64,000 nucleotides of DNA. Origin: Azolla caroliniana. Taxonomy: Eukaryota > Plantae > Polypodiophyta. The notes below the pieces were generated by a model. The model was given only the letters and a program-made list of their open reading frames with translations, ran no database searches and had not been told where the DNA came from. The position numbers were made by a program, and so were the translations under genes. Where the stretch lies: the NCBI GenBank assembly GCA_043228905.1, contig JBHGNT010000009.1:16678001-16742000 (forward strand). The letters run 5' to 3'. Positions 26,171 through 37,704 of this stretch are shown piece after piece. How positions within the stretch are numbered: position 1 is the stretch's first letter; each line of letters begins with the position of its first letter.

Positions 26171-27407
26171 CTACAAGTAGCACTTACCATGTTCTCTTGT
26201 AAAACAAACATGTATTTCGCGAAAACAGATCAATAAATTCGTTTGGAATCAATTTCTTGTATACAGTCTGCTTTCTGTGCTTCTTTCTCAATAAAATCAT
26301 GTCTTTTTTGTTAAGTTTTAAGTTATAAGTTATAGCGAAATAGTCATCAGTAGCTAATTAGCTGTACAAATGCAGCTAATTAGCTGTACAAATGTATTTA
26401 CAATAGTATGCCATGGAATTTGTAGCTACAAGTAGCACTTACCATGTTCTCTTGTAAAACAAACATGTATTTCGCGAAAACAGATCAATAAATTCGTTTG
26501 GAATCAATTTCTTGTATACAGTCTGCTTTCTGTGCTTCTTTCTCAATAAAATCATGTCTTTTTTGTTAAGTTTTAAGTTATAAGTTATAGCGAAATAGTC
26601 ATCAGTAGCTAATTAGCTGTACAAATGCAGCTAATTAGCTGTACAAATGTATTTACAATAGTATGCCATGGAATTTGTAGCTACAAGTAGCACTTACCAT
26701 GTTCTCTTGTAAAACAAACATGTATTTCGCGAAAACAGATCAATAAATGCGTTTGGAATCAATTTCTTGTATACAGTCTGCTTTCTGTGCTTCTTTCTCA
26801 ATAAAATCATGTCTTTTTTGTTAAGTTTTAAGTTATAAGTTATAGCGAAATAGTCATCAGTAGCTAATTAGCTGTACAAATGCAGCTAATTAGCTGTACA
26901 AATGTATTTACAATAGTATGCCATGGAATTTGTAGCTACAAGTAGCACTTAGCATGTTCTCTTGTAAAACAAACATGTATTTCGCGAAAACAGATCAATA
27001 AATTCGTTTGGAATCAATTTCTTGTATACAGTCTGCTTTCTGTGCTTCTTTCTCAATAAAATCATGTCTTTTTTGTTAAGTTTTAAGTTATAAGTTATAG
27101 CGAAATAGTCATCAGTAGCTAATTAGCTGTACAAATGCAGCTAATTAGCTGTACAAATGTATTTACAATAGTATGCCATGGAATTTGTAGCTACAAGTAG
27201 CACTTACCATGTTCTCTTGTAAAACAAACATGTATTTCGCGAAAACAGATCAATAAATTCGTTTGGAATCAATTTCTTGTATACAGTCTGCTTTCTGTGC
27301 TTCTTTCTCAATAAAATCATGTCTTTTTTGTTAAGTTTTAAGTTATAAGTTATAGCGAAATAGTCATCAGTAGCTAATTAGCTGTACAAATGCAGCTAAT
27401 TAGCTGT
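26136..27407. repeat. 255-bp tandem repeat, 5 near-identical copies of the transposase stop codon region and 3' UTR
   Basis: ATTTACAATAGTATGCC recurs at 26141, 26396, 26651, 26906 and 27161. Confidence 0.96.
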
Positions 27408-27537
27408 CAATAGCTAAATAGTCATCAATAGAATGAAATCAACAATCTGCAACATATTCCTCAAATTACACAGTAGATAAGTACAGTGGGAACAAGTAAT
27501 TAAATTCTTCATTGAATAATGTCATCTCTTTACATAT

Positions 27538-28553
27538 TTATAAATTACCATTGGAAATGTCTACAAATCTCCTATAAACAGCTAAGCTCTTGCTAGTCAG
27601 TGGAACGAGTCTACATATATTATCCGCATATTGAGCTCGGTATGGAGTCCACAACCATGCACCTAGTTGGCAGCTCACTGTTTGCACCAGGTACTGTTCA
27701 GGCATTTCCTCGGGTAGAATGAGACAGCATCTCCGAATATTGAAGTAGTGTCGGAAATGTTCTGTATCCAAAATCAATGTATTGTCAGCATTATATTCAG
27801 GCCAAGTAGCCCAAAAATCAGAAAGCCTCTTGAATCTTGCAGCTTCCATCTGCTCACAATTTTCTCGTGCCCATTGACCTTTAAAACGACTTCGCCATTT
27901 TGGGAAGAATCTTGCCAAACACTTCCACACATCTGATTTTGGTTTTTCACTCCAAATAAACAAATCGAAGTACTCCACAGCCCACTCTAGAAACTGATTT
28001 GCGTCCCTCCTTGGCTGCATATATCTCACACTCATCAAGACTTTATCAAGCTCCAAGATCAAGGCTCTTCGCTCGACTTCTAGTGGTTTAGGTTTCCATT
28101 CCTGAAACTGAGCCGTTGTTACACCATTTTCTGGTAGGATACGATCAATCTCAATCAGCTCAGGTTCGGCTGACACAACTGGTGTCCTTTTCCTCTTTAA
28201 ACCCCTAGTCGACTGTGTTGGGCCTAGCTTCACATTCTGGTGCTCTTGTTTTGTCGACTTAGTTATCAATCCTTGGATTACCTCAGTGCATGTAGCTACT
28301 GTTCTGCTCGATATCAGTCCACTGGTATCACATGCTGCATCTACCTGCAACACCAAGTCATCCGTGCTACATGCTGCATCTACCTGCAACACCAAGTCAT
28401 CCGTGCTACATGCTTGATCAACTTGTGTGACCAGATCACTTGTGTCAATTGCTACATCTACTTTCAAGATGGGGCCCTTTAAACATGCCGCAACATCAAC
28501 AGTATCCACACTGCCATTGGCCTTACGAGCAATAGAATCAAACCCTTTAGACT
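27538..28553 (-). CDS. Cargo exon encoding 13-aa repeats, a basic NLS-like patch and an FCP1/SCP (NIF) HAD-like pseudophosphatase domain
   Basis: Acceptor TTGCAG next to 28553; (QVDAACSTDDLVL)n; GLKRKR; ALILELDKVL..PR..ANQFLEW..EYFDLFIWS..YNADNTLILDT matches the NIF pattern with catalytic Asp residues altered; upstream exon not certain. Confidence 0.65.
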
Positions 28554-28800
28554 CTGCAACATCAGAAAACACCAACATATTCACACTCACAAAGTAACTA
28601 CTAGTCTCACAAAACAATATCCTGAACATCAAAGAGTTTCAGTCATAGAACAACACTTCAAATTATCTTGGAAAAACATCATAGAGTTCCATTACATAAT
28701 GTGGATCAAGCAACAACCAATCTGAGGTTTTACTTGTCCAACAGGATAGTAAAACTTCATAAAACCCTAGCAAAATCCCTAAGCTAACAATCATATCCAA

Positions 28801-31800
28801 CTAAACAGTATTTCGCTCCACTACGTCTGGGCCCCTTGACTGAGTAACTGGTCTTGTTCCCGATCGTGGCCCCTTCTTCAGCCTTTTTCTGGTTGGTTCC
28901 CCATTTAGCCTTGCTTCTAGGACCCAATGCGCAAGTGTGTCCTCCTCCGACAACCTTCCCATCGCCTCAGCAGCTAATTGCACATCAGCCGTTTCTTGAA
29001 CTAGCTTTTCAAGTACAGAGGGATCTGTTTGGACATTTTCAGTAGTTGGGCTCGGTGGGGTGGAATCAAGGTCTTGAGACTCAAAGAAATGTTGCATCAA
29101 GTGTTCATAAACACTGTTGTTGTGAACCTCAGTTTTACATGTTGTTTCCACTATTTCATGGCATTTCACATCGTTGCCTAATTCAGTACACTGTTCCAAA
29201 AGAATAGGGTGCAGCTGATCTGAAGGAGATGTGATAGCAGGACTCTTACTTTCAGCCACATTGGCAGTAGTATCCTCATCTGTTGCAGCATCATCAGCAC
29301 TAGACACATCATGTGCCGTCCTTAATCCACAAGATTCTACAATAACATGACAGTTATTTAGGATAGCTAATTAGCTACTTTACTAAACTATGGTAGAAGC
29401 TAGGATAGCTAATTAGCTAGTACGATAGCTAATTAGCTAGTATGATAGCTAATTAGGTACTTTACTCAACTATGGTAGTAGTTAGGATAGCTAATTAGGT
29501 ACTTTACTCAACTATGGTAGTAGTTAGGATAGCTTATTAGCTACTAGGACAGCTAATTAGCTGCCAGTAGCTTATTAGCTACTAGGACAGCTAATTAGCT
29601 GCCAGTAGCTAATTAGCTACTAGGATAGCTAATTAGCTGCCAGTAGCTAATTAGCTACTAGGATAGCTTATTAGCTACTTTACACAACTATGGCAGTAGC
29701 TACTAGGATAGCTAATTCGCTAGGATAGCTAATTCGCTAGTAGGATAGCTAATTAGTTGCCAGCAGCTAATTAGCTAGTAGGATAGCTAATTAGCTACTA
29801 GGATAGCTAATTAGTTGCCAGTAGCTAATTAGCTAGTAGGATAGCTAATTAGGTACTTTACTCAACTATGGTAGTAGCTAATTAGCTAGTAGGATAGCTA
29901 ATTAGGTACTTTACTCAACTATGGTAGTAGCTAATTAGCTAGTAGGATAGCTAATTAGCTGCTAGTAGCTAATTAGCTACTAGGATAGCTTATTAGCTAC
30001 TTTACACAACTATGGCAGTAGCTAATTAGTTACTAGGATAGCTAATTAGTTGCCAGTGGCTAATTAGCTAGTAGGATACCTAATTAGCTTTTTTACACAA
30101 CTATAGTACTAGCTAATTAGCTAGTACCATAGCTAATTACCTACTAGGATAGCTAATTAGCTAGTAGGATAGCTTATTAGCTACTTTACACAACTATAGT
30201 AGTAGCTAGGATAGCTAATTAGCTACTATGGTAGCTAATTAGCTACTTTACTCAACTATGGTAGTAGCTAGGATAGCTAATTAGCTACTTTACTAACTAT
30301 GGTAGTAGCTAGGATAGCTAATTAGCTACTTTACTAACTATGGTGGTAGCTAGGATAGCTAATTAGCTACAATGAAAGCTAATTAGCTACTTTCTCAACT
30401 ATGTAGTAGCTAGGATAGCTTATTAGCTACTAGGACAACTAATTAGCTGCCAGTAGCTAATTAGCTACTAGGATAGCTAATTAGCTGCCAGTAGCTAATT
30501 AGCTACTAGGATAGCTTATTAGCTACTTTACACAACTATGTCAGTAGCTAATTAGCTACTATGATAGCTAATTAGCTAGTAGGATAGCTAATTAGTTGCC
30601 AGTAGCTAATTAGCTAGTAGGATAGCTAATTAGCTTTTTTACACAACTATGGTACTAGCTAATTAGCTAGTACCATAGCTAACTAGCTACTAGGATAGCT
30701 TATTAGCTACTTTACACAACTATGTCAGTAGCTAATTAGCTACTATGATAGCTAATTAGCTAGTAGGATAGCTAATTAGTTGCCAGTAGCTAATTAGCTA
30801 GTAGGATAGCTAATTAGCTTTTTTACACAACTATGGTACTAGCTAATTAGCTAGTACCATAGCTAACTAGCTACTAGGATAGCTTATTAGCTACTTTACA
30901 CAACTATGGCAGTAGCTAATTAGTTACTAGGATAGCTAATTAGTTGCTAGTGGCTAATTAGCTAGTAGGATAGCTATTTAGCTTTTTTACACAACTATGG
31001 TACTAGCTAATTAGCTAGTACCATAGCTAATTAGCTACTAGGATAGCTAATTAGCTAGTAGCTCATTAGCTGCCAGTAGCTAATTAGCTAGTAGGATAGC
31101 TAATTAGAAAAGACTAAGCTTATTAGCTACAGTATGGTATACCTGTTTGTTTTCTCCACTCATTTGGTAGAGTTGTACTGCAATCTCCCAAACAGAATGC
31201 AGCAATTCGACAGGCATGTTGAAAACAAAGCAGATGGTATGTGTGGTTGCATGGTTGTAGGTGAACCAACAAAGACGCAGTTTTGTCCTCCACACCTAAC
31301 CCGCAAGCGATGCAACGTGCTTGAACTGTCAATAAATCATTTTCTGGTTCTACTTCATTTGGTAAGGGAGCAAGAATGTTCAGGTCCAAATCCTGTCTGG
31401 TCCTTACCATTCCCTCCACAAAATGTAGCTTCTTCTTAAGGCAACTAACTACCTGTTCTTGATGAATGTATTGTTCCTTCAACGCAACAGAGAAATTTAC
31501 CGATTAATTATTCTTGTTGTTGAAAGATACACCAACTTTGCTCAGGAATCGTTAACTTACTTGAAGCTTATCCAAATTGTAATCTGCAACAGTATTTACA
31601 CCTAGAAGGTCCAGGTTCATTGAAAGAACCTGGATCTCTATTTGCAGTTCTATTTTACGCTGGGGATCCAGTGGCCCCTCTAATTCAAGCTCCTGTTGCG
31701 CAACCTATTCCAGATAATGCTTGATTAGCACATTTTACCCGTTATTTATAACACAATCACATACCAGCAAAACAATAGTTACCTGAATCTTATTTCTAAT

Positions 31801-32858
31801 TGTTGTAACAGCAGAAGTAACTTTGCTCTCCATTGCAGAAGCCATTGTGGCTTTCTCTAAATCAGTCTTAAAAAATGCCAATGTCTCACAGGCTTCATGG
31901 ACATTTTTTAGCATATAGCTAACCAATGTCTCACCTGTATCATCGACATTGGCTTTCCTTGGGTGTCGGTGTGGTGTATGCCCCCGGTCTTGCTGGGAGT
32001 CGGCAGTTGCATCAACAGCTGCCATGCTCCAAAATCTGTCTATTTTTTGTGCCAAGGTCCCCATCTTTCGGCATCTTTTTACCGATGCCTCACCATAGAC
32101 TGCCCAAGCTACCCTATACATTTCAGGGTCTCTAGATTCCTTCGCTGTTTTGCAGTACTCATATGCAAATGCTCTAGCAAATGAAACTGACAACTCATTG
32201 TTGACTGGGATCTCCTGATGAACTTTCTGGTGCAGTCTCATGCAGTCATCGTACAAGTCGGCTCGTACATGCTTCAGCTTGACCTTGCCTTTGACTCTAG
32301 GCACTGTATATACTGTCATCCAGTCTATATCACTGATCAATTTATCACTTAGGACAGCAGGGTCAACACCCTCGAGTGACAGACCATAGGTGTTGTGGAA
32401 GTCCTCCTTTGTCTCGCAAAATTTTGCGAAGTTTAGCACTCTCGTATACGGAGGAACGAGCCATCTGAAATATCATTTTAGAAATCAGAAATAGTGCAAA
32501 ATCAGAATATGTGAGAATCAAAAACCCCAATCAACAACAACAAAAATGGTGCAAAATCTTTAACTTAGCAAATCAGAAACCCTAATCATAATTTGTATTC
32601 AGAAATTTGAAATCAGAAACCCTAATCAAAATCTGTAATCAGAAGTTTGAAATCAGAAACCCTAATCAAAATCTGTAATCAGAAGTTTGTAACCAGAAAC
32701 CTTATTCAGAAATTTATAATCAAAAACCCTAATCAGAAATTTCAATCAGAAACCCTAATAAAAAATTTCACAAACAAACCCTAATCACTAAAGACAGGAT
32801 TAAACACAAAAAAAGTAATATAAACACACCTGTTGCTACTCCCCGATTTGCGAGACAT
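28801..32858 (-). CDS. Cargo gene, 5 exons (32830-32858, 31783-32464, 31561-31704, 31143-31476, 28801-29336), about 574 aa: unknown N-terminal domain, coiled coil, RING-H2 finger, acidic region, NLS
   Basis: All four GT-AG junctions keep the frame; RING CIAC..CNHTYHLLC..CLGDC; PTRKRLKK. Confidence 0.75.
29337..31142. repeat. Cargo-gene intron composed of TAGCTAATTAGCTA palindrome satellite
   Basis: Same core motif as 23012-24328, with different linkers and internal higher-order duplications. Confidence 0.95.
32570..32790. repeat. Telo-box (AAACCCTAA) cluster in the first coding intron of the cargo gene
   Basis: About 6 AAACCCTAAT copies, partly at 40-bp spacing. Confidence 0.8.
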
Positions 32859-35800
32859 CCTTGTATGGGACTCCAAGGACTTCGCCCTATTCGATTTTGG
32901 GGAAATATGAATCGGCACCAAAGTTCAGACAGTAGTCAAAAAGAAAAAACAAATGTTTGGGGTTTCTGTAACTGAAACATACCTGGACGATGATCGAGCG
33001 GGTTCTGTGTTGTAGCTCTCAATCTGCAATGTCGATTTTTTGCTGTTGCGGGAGCTACGTCTGCGTTCGTGCTCTGAGTACTCCATCTGCGTTCAAAATC
33101 AGACTTAGGCTAAACAGGAAATTGATGACATTGAAGTCGACCTTAGATGATGGTGATATTCCCCAAGTTCCACTACGTCTGAAACAGAAGTTCAAATATT
33201 TGAGTTTTTTCATAAATTAGTTTTTCAAATATTTGATTTTCCCACAAGAAAGACTAGCTAAACAAATAGCTAATTAGCTATGGCCATTTTAGTAGCTAAT
33301 TAGCTATAATAGTGTTTCCACTCGCATGCTTTTACCCTTATCCCCTTGGGTTGTGTCGTCATTTCCTCTGTGGGTATGCGAACCTTGGTGCGTCCTCGGC
33401 GAAAACTGATGCACTTATGTTGCCAGCTTTGTTTGATATTTGCCGAACGAAGCCAAGGTTTGCCAAGCAGCATTGGATATGCTCCCGGAGCGTCGAGGGC
33501 GAGGACTACCGCCGAGATGTCGAAGCGATGTCCGACAATGATGATGCCTAATTTTCGGATTAAGCCTTAAGGTCGAACTGAGCGGGTATTCGCCATGCGA
33601 AGCCAAAACGGGCAAGCTTCCCATTTTGAAATTCCCAATTGTTCGCATGTCTTCACGTTAATTACATTGACGCCACAACCCCCGTCAATTACGCATCATG
33701 TGATTTCCTGACCGCATAATACCAACTTAATAGCTGGATTGTGGTGATCCACCACCGTTGGTCTGTTGCTAGTGTTCGTAAAATTGGCGGAGACGCTGAA
33801 CCCAGGTCTGCCCGTTATGCGATCCTCTACGGCTTGACGGAACCGTGGAACTAATTGAAGTAGTTTCTCCATGGTTAGTGTTATTTCGCAGCCTGCCTGT
33901 GCCTGCCATATGGGATCCGGGGATATTATGTCTTCCTCTAATGGCCCCAGATTGTTTGCGTACTCCTGCCGCATGCACTCCGTATTTGCCGTGTTCGCTT
34001 TTTCGACCCATGCTTGGGTCGTCTTACGTATCTCATCTTGCGCAACCCAATCAACATTTTTCGTTTGCTGCCTTGTCGTAACTTGCTGAACTTCCACCAT
34101 AATTGTATTGATGGCGGGGCCCTTGCCCTTGCGTAGTGGACATTGAGTGGCATAATGTCCGGCCTGTTGGCAAATGAAAGAATGGATGTTGGATTCACCT
34201 TTCTTGGCAGCCGGTGGTGTGTTCCTTTCCCCAGGTGTGGCTTGCTCCACCTAGCCTTGGTTTATTCTTCTAAAATTCCGCGGTGGTTGTTGTTGGTCCC
34301 GGCGCAACTCCTGGTGTCGGTCATCTTCCAAACTTTCGTCGTAACACCGTTGGTCCCTATATTGTCGATGTTTCCTGTGAGGCCCATTGAAGTCACCACG
34401 TTTGTTTGCCGAATGGTAGTTTTCATAACGGCATCCTCCTTTATTATATCTACGGTTGCCCCGGTAGCCTTTGTCCTCCGACTCTTCTTCCTCAGAATTG
34501 TTGTTATTCCGGCAATTCCGGTAGTGCAGGTCATCGCGTGGATTCCGATCCATATACCGGGGTCGTTCTTCTTGGCGCCTTTGATCATTACGATGAGGTG
34601 GTCGTTGTGTTTCTACGCTTCGTACTGTGGGCATGGGTTTGCTTTCAAGTGACAGATTGAGCAGTGGATTCGCATGCTGCATTCCACTATGGAATGCCCA
34701 GAATTGAGGCAAATCATGCACTGGATTGCCTGGCGAAATTGTCGTTCCTCGTCCTGAGGTAACGCTTGTCATAATGAGGACATGGAAAACCTTTCCTCTT
34801 CTTCATCCAACTCGAGTTGTAACGCTCACTCTATGATCATATCGGTTGTTTCTCCTTTCACGCTATTGTTGTTGAGCATCGTCCGTATAGGTCGCCTTAA
34901 GGATGCCAGAAATGTCTCCCTAGCCTCGTCCTCTGTTAAGCCCCGTTCTAATTTCTACCACAGATTTTGGAAGCATAAACTAAAGTCCGCGACAGTCTCG
35001 ACTGGCAACTGTTTGATTGTATAGAACTGCCTGAGGATTTCGCGTTGCGGCACCCTCCGATGAAAGAAACGTAGAAAGGCCAACTGTTGTTGGTCGAAGG
35101 TCGTGATTGCTAGCAGATCCATCTGCGAATGCCAAAACGTAGCTCTACCATCTAGAGTTAATCCAAACTTTGTCATTTTGGACTGGTGCGCTACCTCTTC
35201 TGGAAGTCTTTGCGCCATGTGATTCGCATTCCAAACATTCAGGAACAGGCGAATGTGGGTTGCGGTGTCTGTTTCACCATTCAAGTGGGGATAGGAGAAG
35301 GCCATGCTAGACACTACGGCGGGCAGGGGAAGACCACAATACTTGTGTGGTGACGGAACTTCTTGCGTGTCGCCGTGGTATTTGGTGAGCGGGAAGTCGA
35401 CTTTGTGGTCCCGACAAATATCACTGAGGCGAGGTTTTTGCCTTGCGCGTTCCTCTGCCTGGCGTGTGATGGACCTTGTGATTGGTCGGTCTTGTCATGT
35501 CGATTCTCTAGGTCGTCTATGACTAAACATCCATTCGTCGTTGTTCGTCTGCGAGAAGACACAGATCACCAAGCGTGCCAAACGTGTTACCGATTAGGAA
35601 CACTGTCTATGGTCAATCCTTCGACGTAGACCTCAAGGTGACTGTGTTGCAAGGAATGGTACCGTCGTACCGTAATATGTAATGGGATACTCCCTTGTAT
35701 CCTAGTAGCATATAAGGGAGACGGCTACAACCTCCTTAGGAAGTGCACTAGTATCCGCACTTACGCCTACACCATTACGATTAATAGTACGCAACAAAGA

Positions 35801-36952
35801 GTAAAGAACATAGTAGATAAAACCACAGATATGCACAGAAATCAAAGAAGATATTATTCTATTAGGAAAAACGCTCTATGCACCAAAATTACACGCTACC
35901 TCTTACAGAGGATTTCTGCCCTTTATATACCTAGGGGTTTTAGCCGTTCACGCTTCTCTCGTGAACCGTTACATGCGTTTCTTAAGGCTTTACTATATTA
36001 TAATGCTCTTGCGCTTCTGTCCGTCGGTTACTATTCCAGCGGACAACATTTCTCAACGACAAGAAGTGCAGATAAAAGTTCAGCATAGGTTTTAAAATCA
36101 TGATTACGATATTGTTCGGAAAGATTAAAATTTGAGGGATGAAAAGTAGTTAACGTTTTCTTGATTAGATTCGCCTCTTGAACAAGGTTGTCATGACCAC
36201 AAAATTTAAATTTAGAAACAATACCAAATAATGAGGAATTGTATTTAGCAACTGTCTTGAAATCTTGAAAACAAGGTTGATTCCATTCATGCAAATTGTT
36301 GGGGCCGAGAACAGTTTGTTGATGATCAAAACAGGCTTTGAGTTGCTTCCAGTGAGTTGATGGATTCTTGATGGAGAAGTATTGATTCAAAAGGCTTAGA
36401 TCAAGGTTATGAAGGATGAACATGAATGCTCCTGCTCCCTTCTTCCTAGCATTTGATTTATCAGCATCATTAAAATTATCACTTACCATATGAAGGAGAT
36501 CTTTCGCCATGAGATGGCCTTCAACATGAACCATCCAAGTCATATAATTGGACCCATCAAATGCAAGTGGCGGGAATAAGCATTTCTCTATTTGTGGAGC
36601 TTGAGAAGCCATGCTAATGGTAACAATAAGGTAGATTTGTATAAGAGAATAATTAAGTGCTATGGTAGAGGCTTATCATGTTGATAACGTGTTATAGAAT
36701 AGACTATTAAGCAAGATCAAAGAGTGATTAGATATTAACTCAGATCACTAATCACATATCAATATAATCTCTAGATAGAGCTCATAAGCTATGCTCTTCT
36801 AAATATAATACCAAAATGATTCAGATGCATGAGTTTATGACCCACCAGATGATGGGATGCATGCATGCTATTTACATCATGAAGTCTTGTTAACTAAAGC
36901 TTAAGATGAAGATAGGTATAGCATGACTCATTATATGCATGAGTTCATAACA

Positions 36953-37026
36953 TAATGTATAATGCGTAATGTATAATGTATAATGTATAATGTATAATGT
37001 ATAATGTATATGTATATGTATATGTA
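36953..37026. repeat. (TAATGTA)n then (TATATG)n microsatellite
   Basis: Visible simple repeat abutting the Bianca-like LTR. Confidence 0.9.
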
Positions 37027-37704
37027 AACATGTAGCCAACCATTGGGGGTTTGAAAGTTATGCCAAAACCAATGGCAATTCCAATGATTCATAATGATTT
37101 ATTGATAGATACACTCTCAAGAAAGACTATGTATACAAGCAAAGCAAAAGTTGGAGGTTCCACACAACCACACCCAATGAGACTCGGAACGTGTTGAGAC
37201 CAAGCAAAGGTTATTGTCCGCCCATGTCTACACTCCTGTGGATATCACTTCCACGTTCACCTTGGTTCACATAACCATCAGTCACATCATTGTTACCGAA
37301 TAACGTGGATCGGGCCAGTGCTTCGAAATGACCTAAGGAGCAACGTACTTGAATCGTGCAATCGAGACAAACGTCTCAACAAGCTCAAGAACTACAAAGA
37401 CGTACACTACCCATTTTAACAAATTGTGTGATCGGTGAACTCTCCTCTCATTCACTCTGGACACATGCCAAGTTGTAATTAGCCCTTGTCCAAACATTTC
37501 TAAGCTCTTTCTTAACATTAACCTTCACTTATCCATTTATGAAGATAAGTGTGATCTGTTATGTTCTATTAGCTGATGTAGCATGAGGGCACCTATTTAA
37601 ATTACGTACAACAAGAAAGGGAACTTACAATGTAATCACCATAGAAAATGTTAGAAATATTGGGAATCGACTAGATGGGCATTTGGAGTTACACTCATGG
37701 GAGA

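Larger units (their letters stand above)
20920..33337 (+). mobile_element. Complete Sola2-like TIR DNA transposon (12.4 kb) with cargo genes
   Basis: TIRs GGGTGAAAGCATGCGAGTGGAAACA (20920-20944) and TGTTTCCACTCGCATGCTTTTACCC (33313-33337), 1 mismatch; TSD TTAT (20916-20919, 33338-33341); removing it restores the gypsy frame PKGITPLYAE. Confidence 0.9.
17713..36048 (-). mobile_element. Non-chromoviral Ty3/gypsy element (OTA-like), 3' LTR not seen, interrupted by the DNA transposon
   Basis: 5' LTR 35585-36048; PBS TGGCACGCTTGGT (35568-35580); gag 35314-33.7 kb with CCHC; RT (MCVDYRKLN, FLDD), RH (VDASD), IN (WGLDFVGP, YPQANG); left boundary approximate. Confidence 0.85.
12335..36952 (-). mobile_element. 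Fragmented Bianca-like Ty1/copia element (segments 36049-36952, 16991-~17712, 12335-12574), host of several nested insertions
   Basis: LTR 36690-36952 (TGTTAT...ATAACA) followed by a TTATCA-type PBS; gag 36049-36612; integrase LEHIHGDIHGP...DASSHFSHV; WGHAVLH restored across 16990/12575; FGCAVYVPI...LGIYVGF...IIHYLEP at 12335-12470. Confidence 0.8.

Noticed and set aside
21273-27407. Tandem arrays as CRISPR-like loci
   Set aside because: The units are head-to-tail with no unique spacers, there are no cas genes, and the context is eukaryotic
32570-32790. Interstitial telomere
   Set aside because: The motifs are dispersed single units, not contiguous (TTTAGGG)n
20920-33337. Assignment as CACTA, piggyBac, Kolobok or MULE
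   Set aside because: Ends are GGG/CCC with a 4-bp TTAT TSD (not CACTA with 3 bp, TTAA, or 9 bp), and the transposase motifs fit Sola2
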